NCBI GenBank assembly: GCA_964610045.1
Contig: CAZSUN010000008.1
Location: 5,236 to 69,235, forward strand
DNA length: 64,000 nucleotides
Origin: an uncultured Sphaerobacteraceae bacterium
GTDB lineage: Bacteria > Chloroflexota > Chloroflexia > Thermomicrobiales > UBA6265
Direction of reading: 5' to 3'
The position numbers and the translations under genes are program-made. Below, piece after piece: positions 45,797 through 56,621 of the stretch (position 1 is its first letter; each line of letters starts with the position of its first letter). Below the pieces are notes generated by a model. The model was not told the origin of the DNA. It saw only the letters and a program-made list of their open reading frames with translations, and made no database searches.

Positions 45797-47126
45797 AGAA
45801 CTCCTGGAGTTTCGCCTGGAACTCTTCCGCCGTTACCTGTCCACCCAGCAGCTCCTGGAGCGCCGCGGTGAACGGGTCGTAGAAGCCCGGCGCGGCCCAG
45901 TCCATGTAGTGTCCGATCGCATCGGCTGCCACTGCCGCGTTCCACCCCGTGTAGAGGTCACCCGTGACCGTACCGGCAACGATCTTGTCCTCGCCAATCT
46001 CGCCGAGCGGCAGCAGGCCGGCGTCGATGAACGCGTTGAACGCCTCATCCGAGACCATCGCATCCAGGAATTTGGCCGCCACCGCCGGATCGGCGGCATT
46101 GGCAGTGATGCTGTAGGGGATGCCGACGCCACCGACGTGGAGCACCGGCCCGCCACTCGCTGCGGGGGTGGCCGCGCTGTCGCCTGAACCACTTCGCGCC
46201 GGCATCAGGAAGAACCCGGCATTTTCGCCCAAACCGTCCCGCACGGCCCCAGCCGCCCAACTTCCCTGGAGCAACACGCCACCGACACCGGAGATGAAGA
46301 GCGCCTGGGCATCGTCGCCGGTGACCCCGTCGAACCCGTCCATGAAGTACCCGGCATCGTTCCAGGCAATGACAGTGTTCGCCGCTTCCAGGATCGACGG
46401 ATCGTTGAAATCGGCATCGCCGCGGCGGAAGATCAGGCCGTCTAGGAACTCGCGGGTGGTGTTGGTGCCGTGGATCTCTCCGAAGAGGTGGATCGCCTGC
46501 CACTTGTCGAGGTTGCCGAAGACGAGCGGCTCGACTCCTGCTTCGCGAAGCGCACCGAGCAGGGTCTCGAACTCCTCGAAGGTCGTGGGCACCTCGAGGC
46601 CGTTATCGGAGAAGATTTGCTTGTTGTAGTAGAAGCCGACAATCTCCGAATCGGCCGGCAGTCCCCACAACTCCCCTTCGCCAAACACCGTGCCATCGGC
46701 ACTGTACATCGCGCGAGCGAGCAGGCTGGATGCGAAACGCTCCGACCAGCCGAACTCGGCATCGTAGTCCTTCAGGGTCAGGATCTGGCCGGCTCGGGCC
46801 ATCGGTCCCGCAAGGGCCTCGCCGTTGTTGACCTGGGCGACATCCGGCCCCTGGTCGCTATCAACGGACCGCGGCAAGGTGTCCTGGAGTTCTTCCAGCG
46901 CCCACGAGCGATGGGCGAACGTGACCCCATTCGCCTCTGCGAACGTCGTGCCGATTCCCTCGATCACCGCAGTCCGGATCTCGTCGGTCCAGGTCGTCCA
47001 GACATCGAAGTCCTCGCTCTGGGCCGCGACGGCCGCGAGGCCGAGACCGGCCACCGGCAATCCACCACCAAGGGCTGCGCCCGCCGATATCGCGCCAGTC
47101 CGCTTCAGAAGTTCACGACGGTCCAT
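45777..47126 (-). CDS. ABC transporter extracellular sugar-binding protein (Tat signal)
   Basis: MDRRELLKRTGAISAGAALGG, and an SBP_bac_1-like body. The start was moved to ATG at 47126. Confidence 0.85.
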   Translation of the reverse strand: MDRRELLKRTGAISAGAALGGGLPVAGLGLAAVAAQSEDFDVWTTWTDEIRTAVIEGIGTTFAEANGVTFAHRSWALEELQDTLPRSVDSDQGPDVAQVNNGEALAGPMARAGQILTLKDYDAEFGWSERFASSLLARAMYSADGTVFGEGELWGLPADSEIVGFYYNKQIFSDNGLEVPTTFEEFETLLGALREAGVEPLVFGNLDKWQAIHLFGEIHGTNTTREFLDGLIFRRGDADFNDPSILEAANTVIAWNDAGYFMDGFDGVTGDDAQALFISGVGGVLLQGSWAAGAVRDGLGENAGFFLMPARSGSGDSAATPAASGGPVLHVGGVGIPYSITANAADPAVAAKFLDAMVSDEAFNAFIDAGLLPLGEIGEDKIVAGTVTGDLYTGWNAAVAADAIGHYMDWAAPGFYDPFTAALQELLGGQVTAEEFQAKLQEFYAASFA

Positions 47127-47372
47127 TGGAGTGCCTCCATCCCATGCCAGCAACGTGTCGCGATCGAGCCCCGATCGGTCACCCCCATGTGGGGTACGGG
47201 CATGTCAAGCCAGTCATGCCTGCATGATGTCACAGTGCACGATGGGCGGCAAGAAATGGCCCGATTGGGACGGCGCGCACAGGATGCCCCACGCCCTCAC
47301 CGGAACAACCAGCGCGCAGGGGAGGACCAGCGGCGCACGTCCAGATGGCGCCGCCCGTATGTTCACTGCGCC

Positions 47373-47460
47373 GCGTGTGTCCTCCCGTGGTGCAGTCCCC
47401 ACCGATCACGGGAGGACACACGCTCGGCTGGCGCCTCGCTGATCCTCCCCTACCAACACG
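47373..47460 (-). repeat. Family A-related element with two mutually exclusive hairpins, downstream of the Cho-like gene
   Basis: A 17-bp perfect inverted repeat pairs gcgtgtgtcctcccgtg (47373..47389) with cacgggaggacacacgc (47407..47423). The same GGGAGGA (47410..47416) can instead pair with TCCTCCC (47443..47449), which is followed by CTACCAACACG. Confidence 0.6.
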
Positions 47461-47517
47461 GTACTCGACGGAGCCTGTGTGCGATCCGGCAGAGGTCCAC
47501 CGGGGGGTGGGCGAGCG

Positions 47518-49767
47518 TCACTCCTCGTCCTGTGGGGCCGGGAGGATGGGGGTGACCTCGTCGTCGGGCAACGGCTCGTCGCCAGGATCAGTTTCCGCCG
47601 TCTCCTGTATCACGGTTTCCAGCGCTTCGTCGGTGAGGGAGAGGACCTTCACGGCGAGGGAGACGAGGTAGCCGCGGTCGGTGAGACGGTCGAGATCCAG
47701 CGGCAGGATGGCAGGATGACCCCAGTTGCGGAACAGCCACCGGTTGACGATGTTGGCCTCATCGGCCCGATACTGGTCCAGCGGTTGCATGGCAGTCGAG
47801 CTCGCCCGCTGCATCACCGGCAGCAGGCGGTCGGCCAGGTCGGTGACGCGTGCACCGTCCATCACGGTCACCTCGTCGGCCGCGCGACGAGCGACCGGCA
47901 TGATCACGACCAGGTCGTCGTCGGGCGGCTCCGGGTCGTCCTCGTCAGGGAAGCCCTCGATCTCGATTTCCGGCATGCGCTGAACGCGAAGCTGGGCCCA
48001 GGTCTGGCCGTGGAGGATGACCAGCACTTCGCGCGCGTCAGGATCGGCCGAGAGTTGGACGAGAAGCAGATTGTGGGACTGTTCGGCGACGCGCAATCGA
48101 TCCTGTTCCTCTATCAACCCAAGGGCGGCACGCAAATCCTTGCGCAACGCGGTGGCCTTCTCGAAGTCCAACCGCTCGGCGGCGGCTTCGAGATCCGTCC
48201 AGAGCCGCGCCCGTAGTCCCTCGTCGCTCCCGTCGAGGAAGTCCAGCACTTCGTTGACCCGGTCCCGGTAGTCATCCAGCATCGTCCGGCCGACGCAGGG
48301 ACCGAGGCACTTGCCGAGGTCGAGCCGCAGGCAGGGATTCCCGTAGCTGCGCGCGTTGCGGAACGACCTCGTGCAGGTTCGCAGCGGCACCGCGCTGGTG
48401 ATCACGTCGATCGTGCGGCGTGCGCCACTGGTGCTGCGATACGGCCCATAGTAGCGTGCGCCATCGTCCTTGCGCTGTTTCGCCAACGTAATACGGGGCC
48501 ACGGGTTGGTGAGATCGACCCGTATGTACGGGTAGTGCTCGGCCGACCGCAGGACCGTGTTGTAGCGAGGCTGGTACCGCTGGATCAGTTGTGATTCGAG
48601 CACCAGCGCCTGCAGTTCGGTGCCGACGACCTCGGTTTCGACGCTGGACATGGCTTCCAGCAGTCCGTCCATCTTCCGGGTGTAGCCCAGCGGCTGCGCG
48701 TAGTAGGACGCCAGCCGTTCGCGCAGGTTCTTCGCCTTGCCGACGTAGATCACCTCTCCCAGATTGTTCCGCATGATGTAGACGCCCGGTTTTTTCGGGA
48801 TGTCCTTCAACCAGGACCGGTCCATCACCGCCCTGCCGCGCCCAACATCGTCGCGAGGCCGCTGCTGGGCAGGCATGGCCATGGTCTTCAGGTCGTCCAC
48901 GCTGCGGACACCCGCCCTGGCCGCGATGGCGGCCAGGCGCAGGGCAACCTCGGCCGTGAGGGCGGCATCCGCCCCGGCGCGATGGATGTCTCGCGGTTGG
49001 AGACCCACCGCGGTGGCGACACGGTCCAGGCTGGGCTTGCGGAGGTTGTTCAGGTAGCGCACCGCCAACGTCAGCGTGTCGAGGCGTTCGTTGATGAGGG
49101 GCAGGTGGCCCGCACGCTTGAGTTCCGCATTGATGAACGAGATATCGAACCGGACGTTATGTCCAACAAGTATGGCATCGCCGATGAATTCCAGGGTGCG
49201 TTCCGCCAGGAGCTCGAAGGCGGGCGCTTCGGCCACATCCATGTCGCGGATGGTGGTGAGCCGGGTAATGAACTCCGGGATCGGGCGGCCAGGATTAACC
49301 AGGGACTCGAATCGCTCGACGAGTTTTCCCTCCCGGTAGCGGTAGAGGGCGATTTCAATCACTCGCTGGGCACCTGGCTTGAGTCCGGTCGTCTCGACGT
49401 CGATTGCCACAAACTCCGCGAGGACAGAGCCGTTGGGAGCCTCAACCTCGCCTTGCACCAGCGTCCAGTGCTCGTTGACGAGGGCAACCGCCCCCGCCTG
49501 CTCGGCCATGACGTTGCGGAGCAGCGGTCGCCAGATCGCGATTGAACCGGCATTCCCGAAAACATGCCGGACAAGCGCGTCTTCGTGAACCGAGCCGCCT
49601 TTCTGGTCGATGAACGAGAGCGCTCGCTCGCAGAGTGCGTTGTAACGCGGTCCATCGTCGATTGTGGCCGGCGTTGACGAACCGGGAGCATTGGGCATGG
49701 ATTGAACCAATAGAGAGTGCTTCGCACAGGGGTGTCCCGCTGCGCTCGACATGACGGATGGCGGCAA
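47518..49767 (-). CDS. DEDD (DnaQ-like) exonuclease fused to a GIY-YIG/UvrC-like nuclease (Cho-like)
   Basis: Exo motif FVAIDVETTGL. GIY-YIG KPGVYIMRNNLGEVIYVGKAKNLRERLASYY. UvrC Cys-rich region and UVR-like DFEKATALRKDLRAL. The start is uncertain (49767, 49752 or 49698). Confidence 0.75.
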   Translation of the reverse strand: MPPSVMSSAAGHPCAKHSLLVQSMPNAPGSSTPATIDDGPRYNALCERALSFIDQKGGSVHEDALVRHVFGNAGSIAIWRPLLRNVMAEQAGAVALVNEHWTLVQGEVEAPNGSVLAEFVAIDVETTGLKPGAQRVIEIALYRYREGKLVERFESLVNPGRPIPEFITRLTTIRDMDVAEAPAFELLAERTLEFIGDAILVGHNVRFDISFINAELKRAGHLPLINERLDTLTLAVRYLNNLRKPSLDRVATAVGLQPRDIHRAGADAALTAEVALRLAAIAARAGVRSVDDLKTMAMPAQQRPRDDVGRGRAVMDRSWLKDIPKKPGVYIMRNNLGEVIYVGKAKNLRERLASYYAQPLGYTRKMDGLLEAMSSVETEVVGTELQALVLESQLIQRYQPRYNTVLRSAEHYPYIRVDLTNPWPRITLAKQRKDDGARYYGPYRSTSGARRTIDVITSAVPLRTCTRSFRNARSYGNPCLRLDLGKCLGPCVGRTMLDDYRDRVNEVLDFLDGSDEGLRARLWTDLEAAAERLDFEKATALRKDLRAALGLIEEQDRLRVAEQSHNLLLVQLSADPDAREVLVILHGQTWAQLRVQRMPEIEIEGFPDEDDPEPPDDDLVVIMPVARRAADEVTVMDGARVTDLADRLLPVMQRASSTAMQPLDQYRADEANIVNRWLFRNWGHPAILPLDLDRLTDRGYLVSLAVKVLSLTDEALETVIQETAETDPGDEPLPDDEVTPILPAPQDEE

Positions 49768-49894
49768 GTCCGAACGGGCGTGCTACACTCGCGAGCGTGT
49801 ACGGACACCGTCGATGTGAACCAATTCTAGCTGACCGCACAGATGTTCGCATACCGGGTGGTGGAAACCGGCTGCCTCCGGGAGAAACGGGTGA

Positions 49895-51982
<2,088 letters not shown>

Positions 51983-52023
51983 GTCAACCTCCTTGTCTTC
52001 AGGAGTGTGCATCCACCACACAC

Positions 52024-52048
52024 AGATTCCTCGCAAGCTCGGAGTGAC
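52024..52048 (+). repeat. Solo family B unit 42 nt after the ligA stop
   Basis: agattcctcgcaagctcggagtgac. Confidence 0.7.
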
Positions 52049-52235
52049 AATCCCACCCCCACTGATTCGAGGCCACGAATCGGCTACCGCTTCGCGGAGC
52101 GTAAAGCGCCGATCTTGTCAGATTGCGATGTACGTACACACCCATCACGCGGCGGATCGTGATACGCTGTCGGCGTACTCTGGTCCCGCCTTGACTGGTG
52201 TGCTCATTCCCCGGTAGTTCACCTCGGGAGCATCG

Positions 52236-52451
52236 ATGAGCGGCTTCGGATCCCCCAAGCGCGACGACACCCCAGCGCAGACCGTGCGCACCATCGGCCG
52301 CCTCGCGCAGATGCTGGTCGAACTGCGCGACGAGTACGTCGAGCGGCCCCGCGAGGACACCATGGCGCAGATCGAGAAGCGCCTCGATGAGCTCAGCGAG
52401 TTGCGCGAAGAGTTACGCCAGAAACTGGAACACGCCCGGTCGTCCGAATAG
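52236..52451 (+). CDS. Small charged, probably helical hypothetical protein (71 aa)
   Basis: GGGAG RBS 5 nt before the ATG. Heptad-like charged sequence LDELSELREELRQKLEHA. No family recognised. Confidence 0.35.
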   Translation: MSGFGSPKRDDTPAQTVRTIGRLAQMLVELRDEYVERPREDTMAQIEKRLDELSELREELRQKLEHARSSE

Positions 52452-52607
52452 TCCGCTGCGGGCCCGGCACACATCCCTGTAGCGGTCGCCCTCCGCAATC
52501 TCCCTACACATCAAATCGCCCACCCCTGGACGACCTGGCGACCGTCACATCCGGTTCCGGGAGGGTACATGCGGTTCATATGGAATGCGGGTTGGCCGCG
52601 ATGGATC

Positions 52608-52731
52608 CGTTCGTAGGGCGGGCCCTGTGTGGCCCGCCGCTGCAGTCAACCGCGCAGGTTCTGTCCTAACTCCGTATCAGGTAGGGGAAGGGCCGACACA
52701 CGCTCGCTGGTCGGCCCCTACAAACGACCGA
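52608..52731. repeat. Family A inverted pair (REPIN-like): CGTTCGTAG-hairpin on the plus strand, and hairpin-CTACAAACGACCGA (GTAG on the minus strand)
   Basis: The left unit, 52608..52638, reads GTAG ggcgggcc ctgtgt ggcccgcc. The right unit, 52681..52731, reads gggccgac acacgctcgctg gtcggccc ctacaaacgaccga. Confidence 0.75.
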
Positions 52732-52958
52732 GGCGCGCCGGGCAGTGATACCGAATCGGGTAATCAGGTGAGGTTCCAGACAGTTCGTGGCGTTCGCGAC
52801 CTCGGCGTTCGTTCGCGGGCGGAGCAAGATCCGCAGCCCAACTGGTTCGGCCCGTGTTCACCCGGAGTCGGTATGCCCCGTCCAGGACCCGGAAAGTGGA
52901 ACTGTTGGCCTTCCCTGCCAGCAGTCAGGGTGAATTGACCATTGAAGGAGCCCCGGCG

Positions 52959-53552
52959 TCAGGAGCCAGGCACGGCGGTCGTGCCTGGTTTGGTGAGCGG
53001 GATGCCCTGCCGGCAAAGCGGGCACTCGTCCGCGTCCCAGGAGGCGACCGCCTGGGACGACAGCGCGAAGAGTGGCACATCGCCAAACGTCACCTTGCCG
53101 CCGCTACGGTCGACCATGACCCCAACCGCGACGACCTCGACCGGGTGACCGGCGAGAGCGTCGAGTGTTTCCCGGACCGATCCCCCGGTCGTCAGGATGT
53201 CATCGACCACCAGCACCCGCGTGCCGGGAGTGAAGACGGTGCCGCGGCGGATCTCTCGCTTCGATGAGCCCTCGGAGGCCCGCTCGGCATAAGCGGCCAC
53301 CGTCCCGAGTTGCCGCGCTGTCTCGAAGGCGAGGATGACGCCGCCCGTGGTCGGACCGACGACCACATCGATCGCGTCATCGCGGAACCGGTCCGCGAAC
53401 CCGGCGCAGACCTCGACGGTGGCCACGGGATTGCGGAGCAGATCGAACTTTTCGAGGTAGATATCGCCGTGACGGCCAGAGGAGAAGAGGAAGTGCCCGT
53501 GCTTGAGGGCACCGGACGCTTCCATGACACCGAGAACGTCGATTGCGGCCAT
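52959..53552 (-). CDS. pyrE: Orotate phosphoribosyltransferase
   Basis: PRPP motif VLVVDDILTTGGS. Confidence 0.9.
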   Translation of the reverse strand: MAAIDVLGVMEASGALKHGHFLFSSGRHGDIYLEKFDLLRNPVATVEVCAGFADRFRDDAIDVVVGPTTGGVILAFETARQLGTVAAYAERASEGSSKREIRRGTVFTPGTRVLVVDDILTTGGSVRETLDALAGHPVEVVAVGVMVDRSGGKVTFGDVPLFALSSQAVASWDADECPLCRQGIPLTKPGTTAVPGS

Positions 53553-53690
53553 TGACGTGGTTCCTCCAGGTGGCTATGAAACTCAACGGGGGACGAAGAC
53601 AATCCGACAGGGCACGGGCCGACACATCCGCCTGCACATTGACGGGCCAGGTGCCGCCTGCGACGGCGGAAGGTGCGGCCCCGTCCCGTG

Positions 53691-54758
53691 TCAGGGGACG
53701 ATCCAGAACGCCATCGCGAGGACGGCGTAGAGTGAGAGTAATTGGGCGCCTTCGAGCCAGTTGGTGCGGCCGTCGATCGATACCAGGGTCATGGTAAGCA
53801 CGGCGCCGACGAGGGCAGCCAGCTCGTAGGAGTTGAAGACGATCGACATTGGTTGCGGTCCCACGAACTGGCTGACCAGCACCAGCACCGGCGCGACAAA
53901 GAGGGCGATTTGCAGGCCGGACCCGGCGGCAATACCGATCGCAAGGTCCATCTTGTTCTTCCACGCCATCTGGACCGCGACCAGGTGCTCCGCCACGTTG
54001 CCGACAAGCGGCACGAGCATGACACCAACAAAGAGATCCGACATTCCCCAGGCTTCGGCCGTCGGCTCGATCACGCCAACCAGGATCTCGGACATCACGA
54101 CGATCGCGATGGTTGAGACGGCAAGCAACCCGATGGCGATGTAGAGCCCCCGCCGGGGCGGCTTGTGCAGCGATTCGTCGACCGTGTCCAGGACATCGTT
54201 GGTCCTGACCGCGAAGACGGTATACACGAGGTAGAGCGCATAGAGCAGGATCAGGATGACCGAGACGCCGTCGCTGAGATTGACGATGCTGTCGTGCGAG
54301 ACCTGCATGCCATCGGCGCCAAGGGCGAAAATGGCCGGGATCATGAGGACGACCACGGCCAGGCTCATCATCGTCGCGTTGGTCGAGGCGATCCGTGCGT
54401 TGAACGACTGCGGCCCGTTCTTGATCCCCCCGACAACGATGGCGGCTCCCAGCACGACGAGGATGTTGCCGATGATCGACCCGGCAATGCTGGCCTTGAC
54501 GACGTTGATGAGACCCTCGCGCAGGGCGACGATGGTGATGATCAGTTCGGCGGCATTACCGAGGGTGGCGTTCAGCAGACCGCCAATCTTCTGGCCGGTG
54601 AACTCGGCGACCCGCTCGGTGGCGACCCCCAGCACTGCGGCGAGCGGCACCAGCGCCAGAGCCGAGAGCACGAACATCACGCCGCTGTTGTCGAATCCGG
54701 AGAACTCCAGGACCAGCACGACCGGGACGAGGATGAGCAGGAAATAGAGGACCTTCAT
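53691..54758 (-). CDS. Ca2+/H+ antiporter (CaCA family, Cax/ChaA-like)
   Basis: Two alpha-repeat motifs: GNAAELIITIVAL and GNVAEHLVAVQMA. About 11 TM segments. The start ATG at 54758 overlaps the pyrD stop (ATGA). Confidence 0.85.
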   Translation of the reverse strand: MKVLYFLLILVPVVLVLEFSGFDNSGVMFVLSALALVPLAAVLGVATERVAEFTGQKIGGLLNATLGNAAELIITIVALREGLINVVKASIAGSIIGNILVVLGAAIVVGGIKNGPQSFNARIASTNATMMSLAVVVLMIPAIFALGADGMQVSHDSIVNLSDGVSVILILLYALYLVYTVFAVRTNDVLDTVDESLHKPPRRGLYIAIGLLAVSTIAIVVMSEILVGVIEPTAEAWGMSDLFVGVMLVPLVGNVAEHLVAVQMAWKNKMDLAIGIAAGSGLQIALFVAPVLVLVSQFVGPQPMSIVFNSYELAALVGAVLTMTLVSIDGRTNWLEGAQLLSLYAVLAMAFWIVP

Positions 54759-55765
54759 CCTTCGGCAACCTCTTCGGGCCACGCCTCGTCCGGTTCGACC
54801 CGGGCGCAGAAGCGGGGGTTCGCGATGCCGACGATGTCGGAGACGCGCGTGAAGCCGTTGATCGTCATCCAGGCGGCAAGTTCATCGATGAGACGCATCA
54901 GGACGGCAGGATCGGCGAAGACCGCTGTCCCGACCTGGATCGCACTGGCGCCGGCCATCAGGAATTCGAGCGCGTCGTTGAGCTTCGCGATGCCGCCGAG
55001 TCCGATGATCGGAATGCCGACCGCCTGGGCGACCTGGTAGACCATTCGCACCGCGACCGGTCGCACGGCGGGGCCGGAGAGCCCGCCGGTGTGGTTGGCG
55101 ATCACGGGGCGGCGGTGCCGCGTATCGATCGCCATCCCGACAAGCGTATTGATCAGCGAAATTGCGTCTGCACCGGCTTCCTCGACTGCCTGGGCAATCT
55201 CTACCACATCGACCGCGCCGGGGCTGAGCTTGACGATCATCGGCAGCGTCGTGGCGGCCCGGACCGCCCGCGTGACATCGGCCGACATCACCGGGTCCCA
55301 GCCGAAGCAATAGCCGCCGGCGTTGATGTTCGGGCAGGAGATGTTGACTTCGATCGCGGCGACACCGGGAACTTCGTCCAGGCGTCGGGCCATCAGCACG
55401 AAATCCTCGATCGACTCCGCCGAGATGTTGACGATGGCCGGCACGTCCCACGATTCCCAGATCGGCGGGTACTTCCGGATGAACCCCGAAATACCGGGAT
55501 TCTGGAGCCCGATCGCGTTGAGCATGCCGGACGGTGTCTCGGTGATGCGCGGCATCGGGTTGCCGGAACGCGGTTTTGGGGTAATGCCCTTGCTGACGAA
55601 CGCGCCGAGACGCTGGACATCCACGATCCCGCTGTATTCGAGCCCGTACCCGAAGCATCCCGAAGCTGGTATGACCGGATTGCGCAGCACCAGTTCCCGG
55701 GGGTTGCGCGGGGCGAGATCGACACGGAGATCGGGGGCGGTCACCAGGGATTCGCTCACGACCAC
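54755..55765 (-). CDS. pyrD: Dihydroorotate dehydrogenase B, catalytic subunit
   Basis: NPVIPASGCFGYG, VNISCPN, GGLSGPAVRPVA, GIGGI. Confidence 0.9.
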   Translation of the reverse strand: MVVSESLVTAPDLRVDLAPRNPRELVLRNPVIPASGCFGYGLEYSGIVDVQRLGAFVSKGITPKPRSGNPMPRITETPSGMLNAIGLQNPGISGFIRKYPPIWESWDVPAIVNISAESIEDFVLMARRLDEVPGVAAIEVNISCPNINAGGYCFGWDPVMSADVTRAVRAATTLPMIVKLSPGAVDVVEIAQAVEEAGADAISLINTLVGMAIDTRHRRPVIANHTGGLSGPAVRPVAVRMVYQVAQAVGIPIIGLGGIAKLNDALEFLMAGASAIQVGTAVFADPAVLMRLIDELAAWMTINGFTRVSDIVGIANPRFCARVEPDEAWPEEVAEG

Positions 55766-56586
55766 ACCAGCTCATCCATATCGAACACCGGCCCTTCGAC
55801 ACACGACGTTTTCATGCCATGCCTCGTCTCGACCACGCATCCCAGGCACGCACCTACCCCGCAGGCCATGGTTCGCTCGACCGAGACCTGCACCGATGGA
55901 GCATTCCCGATCCGGGCCCGCAGTACCTCGCGGCGCAGGGAGCGAAACATCGGCTCCGGGCCACAGGTGAACACCTGGTCCGCCCATGGGATGTAATTCG
56001 GAATGAGATCGGTGACGAATCCGTGATGCCCCGCGCTGCCATCGTCGGTCGCGACGACGTACTCGACTTCCCCCGGCAGGTGCTGCGGGGTCAGGAGCCC
56101 GCCCGCATGCATGGCGCCGAGCAGCCAGGTCACATTGAGATCGGCCTTCACCGCTTCCGCCGCCAGCATCCGCAGCGGGGCAGCACCAACACCACCGGCG
56201 ACCATCAGCAGGTTGCGGCTCTTCGGGTTGATGGAGAACGTGTTGCCGAGCGGTCCCAGGACATCGAGGACAGCACCCACTGGTTGCTGGACCAGCCAGG
56301 CGCTACCCCGGCCATAGGGCCGGACGAGTACGGTCAATTCACCGCGATCGGGATCGGCGGCGTAGACGGAGAGCGGCCGGCGCAGGAGTGGATCGGTGGA
56401 CCACTCCGTCCGGCAGAGGATTTCGACGAACTGGCCGGCTCGCGCCGTCGCCACCAGGTTCGGCGGCGCGACGAACGAGATCAGCGACGAATCGCCCATC
56501 ACGGGCTCGACGGATGTGATGGCGCCGCGAAACTCGCGCGACCAGCCGGGTTCGCGTTCATGGGTTGTCGGTGCCGGTACTGCCAT
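55756..56586 (-). CDS. pyrK: Dihydroorotate dehydrogenase B, electron-transfer (FAD/2Fe-2S) subunit
   Basis: C-terminal cluster motif MACGVGACLGCVV, RPLSV FAD motif. ATG at 56586 is preferred; the ORF maximum is the GTG at 56607. Confidence 0.85.
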   Translation of the reverse strand: MAVPAPTTHEREPGWSREFRGAITSVEPVMGDSSLISFVAPPNLVATARAGQFVEILCRTEWSTDPLLRRPLSVYAADPDRGELTVLVRPYGRGSAWLVQQPVGAVLDVLGPLGNTFSINPKSRNLLMVAGGVGAAPLRMLAAEAVKADLNVTWLLGAMHAGGLLTPQHLPGEVEYVVATDDGSAGHHGFVTDLIPNYIPWADQVFTCGPEPMFRSLRREVLRARIGNAPSVQVSVERTMACGVGACLGCVVETRHGMKTSCVEGPVFDMDELVWS

Positions 56587-56621
56587 GCGGTCCCCGTCTC
56601 GATCCACGCCATGTATCGGGG

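Noticed and set aside
52470-52500. ctGTAGCGGTCGCCctccgc after the 71-aa ORF, resembling the unit at 16731 (GTAGCGGCGATCctccgc)
   Set aside because: It shares the head and the ctccgc core but has lost the complementary arm, so no local hairpin forms. It is probably a decayed copy and too weak to list as a feature.
52585-52938. 117-aa ORF, plus 63440..63970(-) and 62931..63713(+), suggesting hypothetical proteins
   Set aside because: They are read-throughs of the family A repeats (peptides such as THARWSAPTNDR and PHARWAALTNDR recur because the DNA repeat recurs) or alternative frames of nth. They lack an RBS or any domain.
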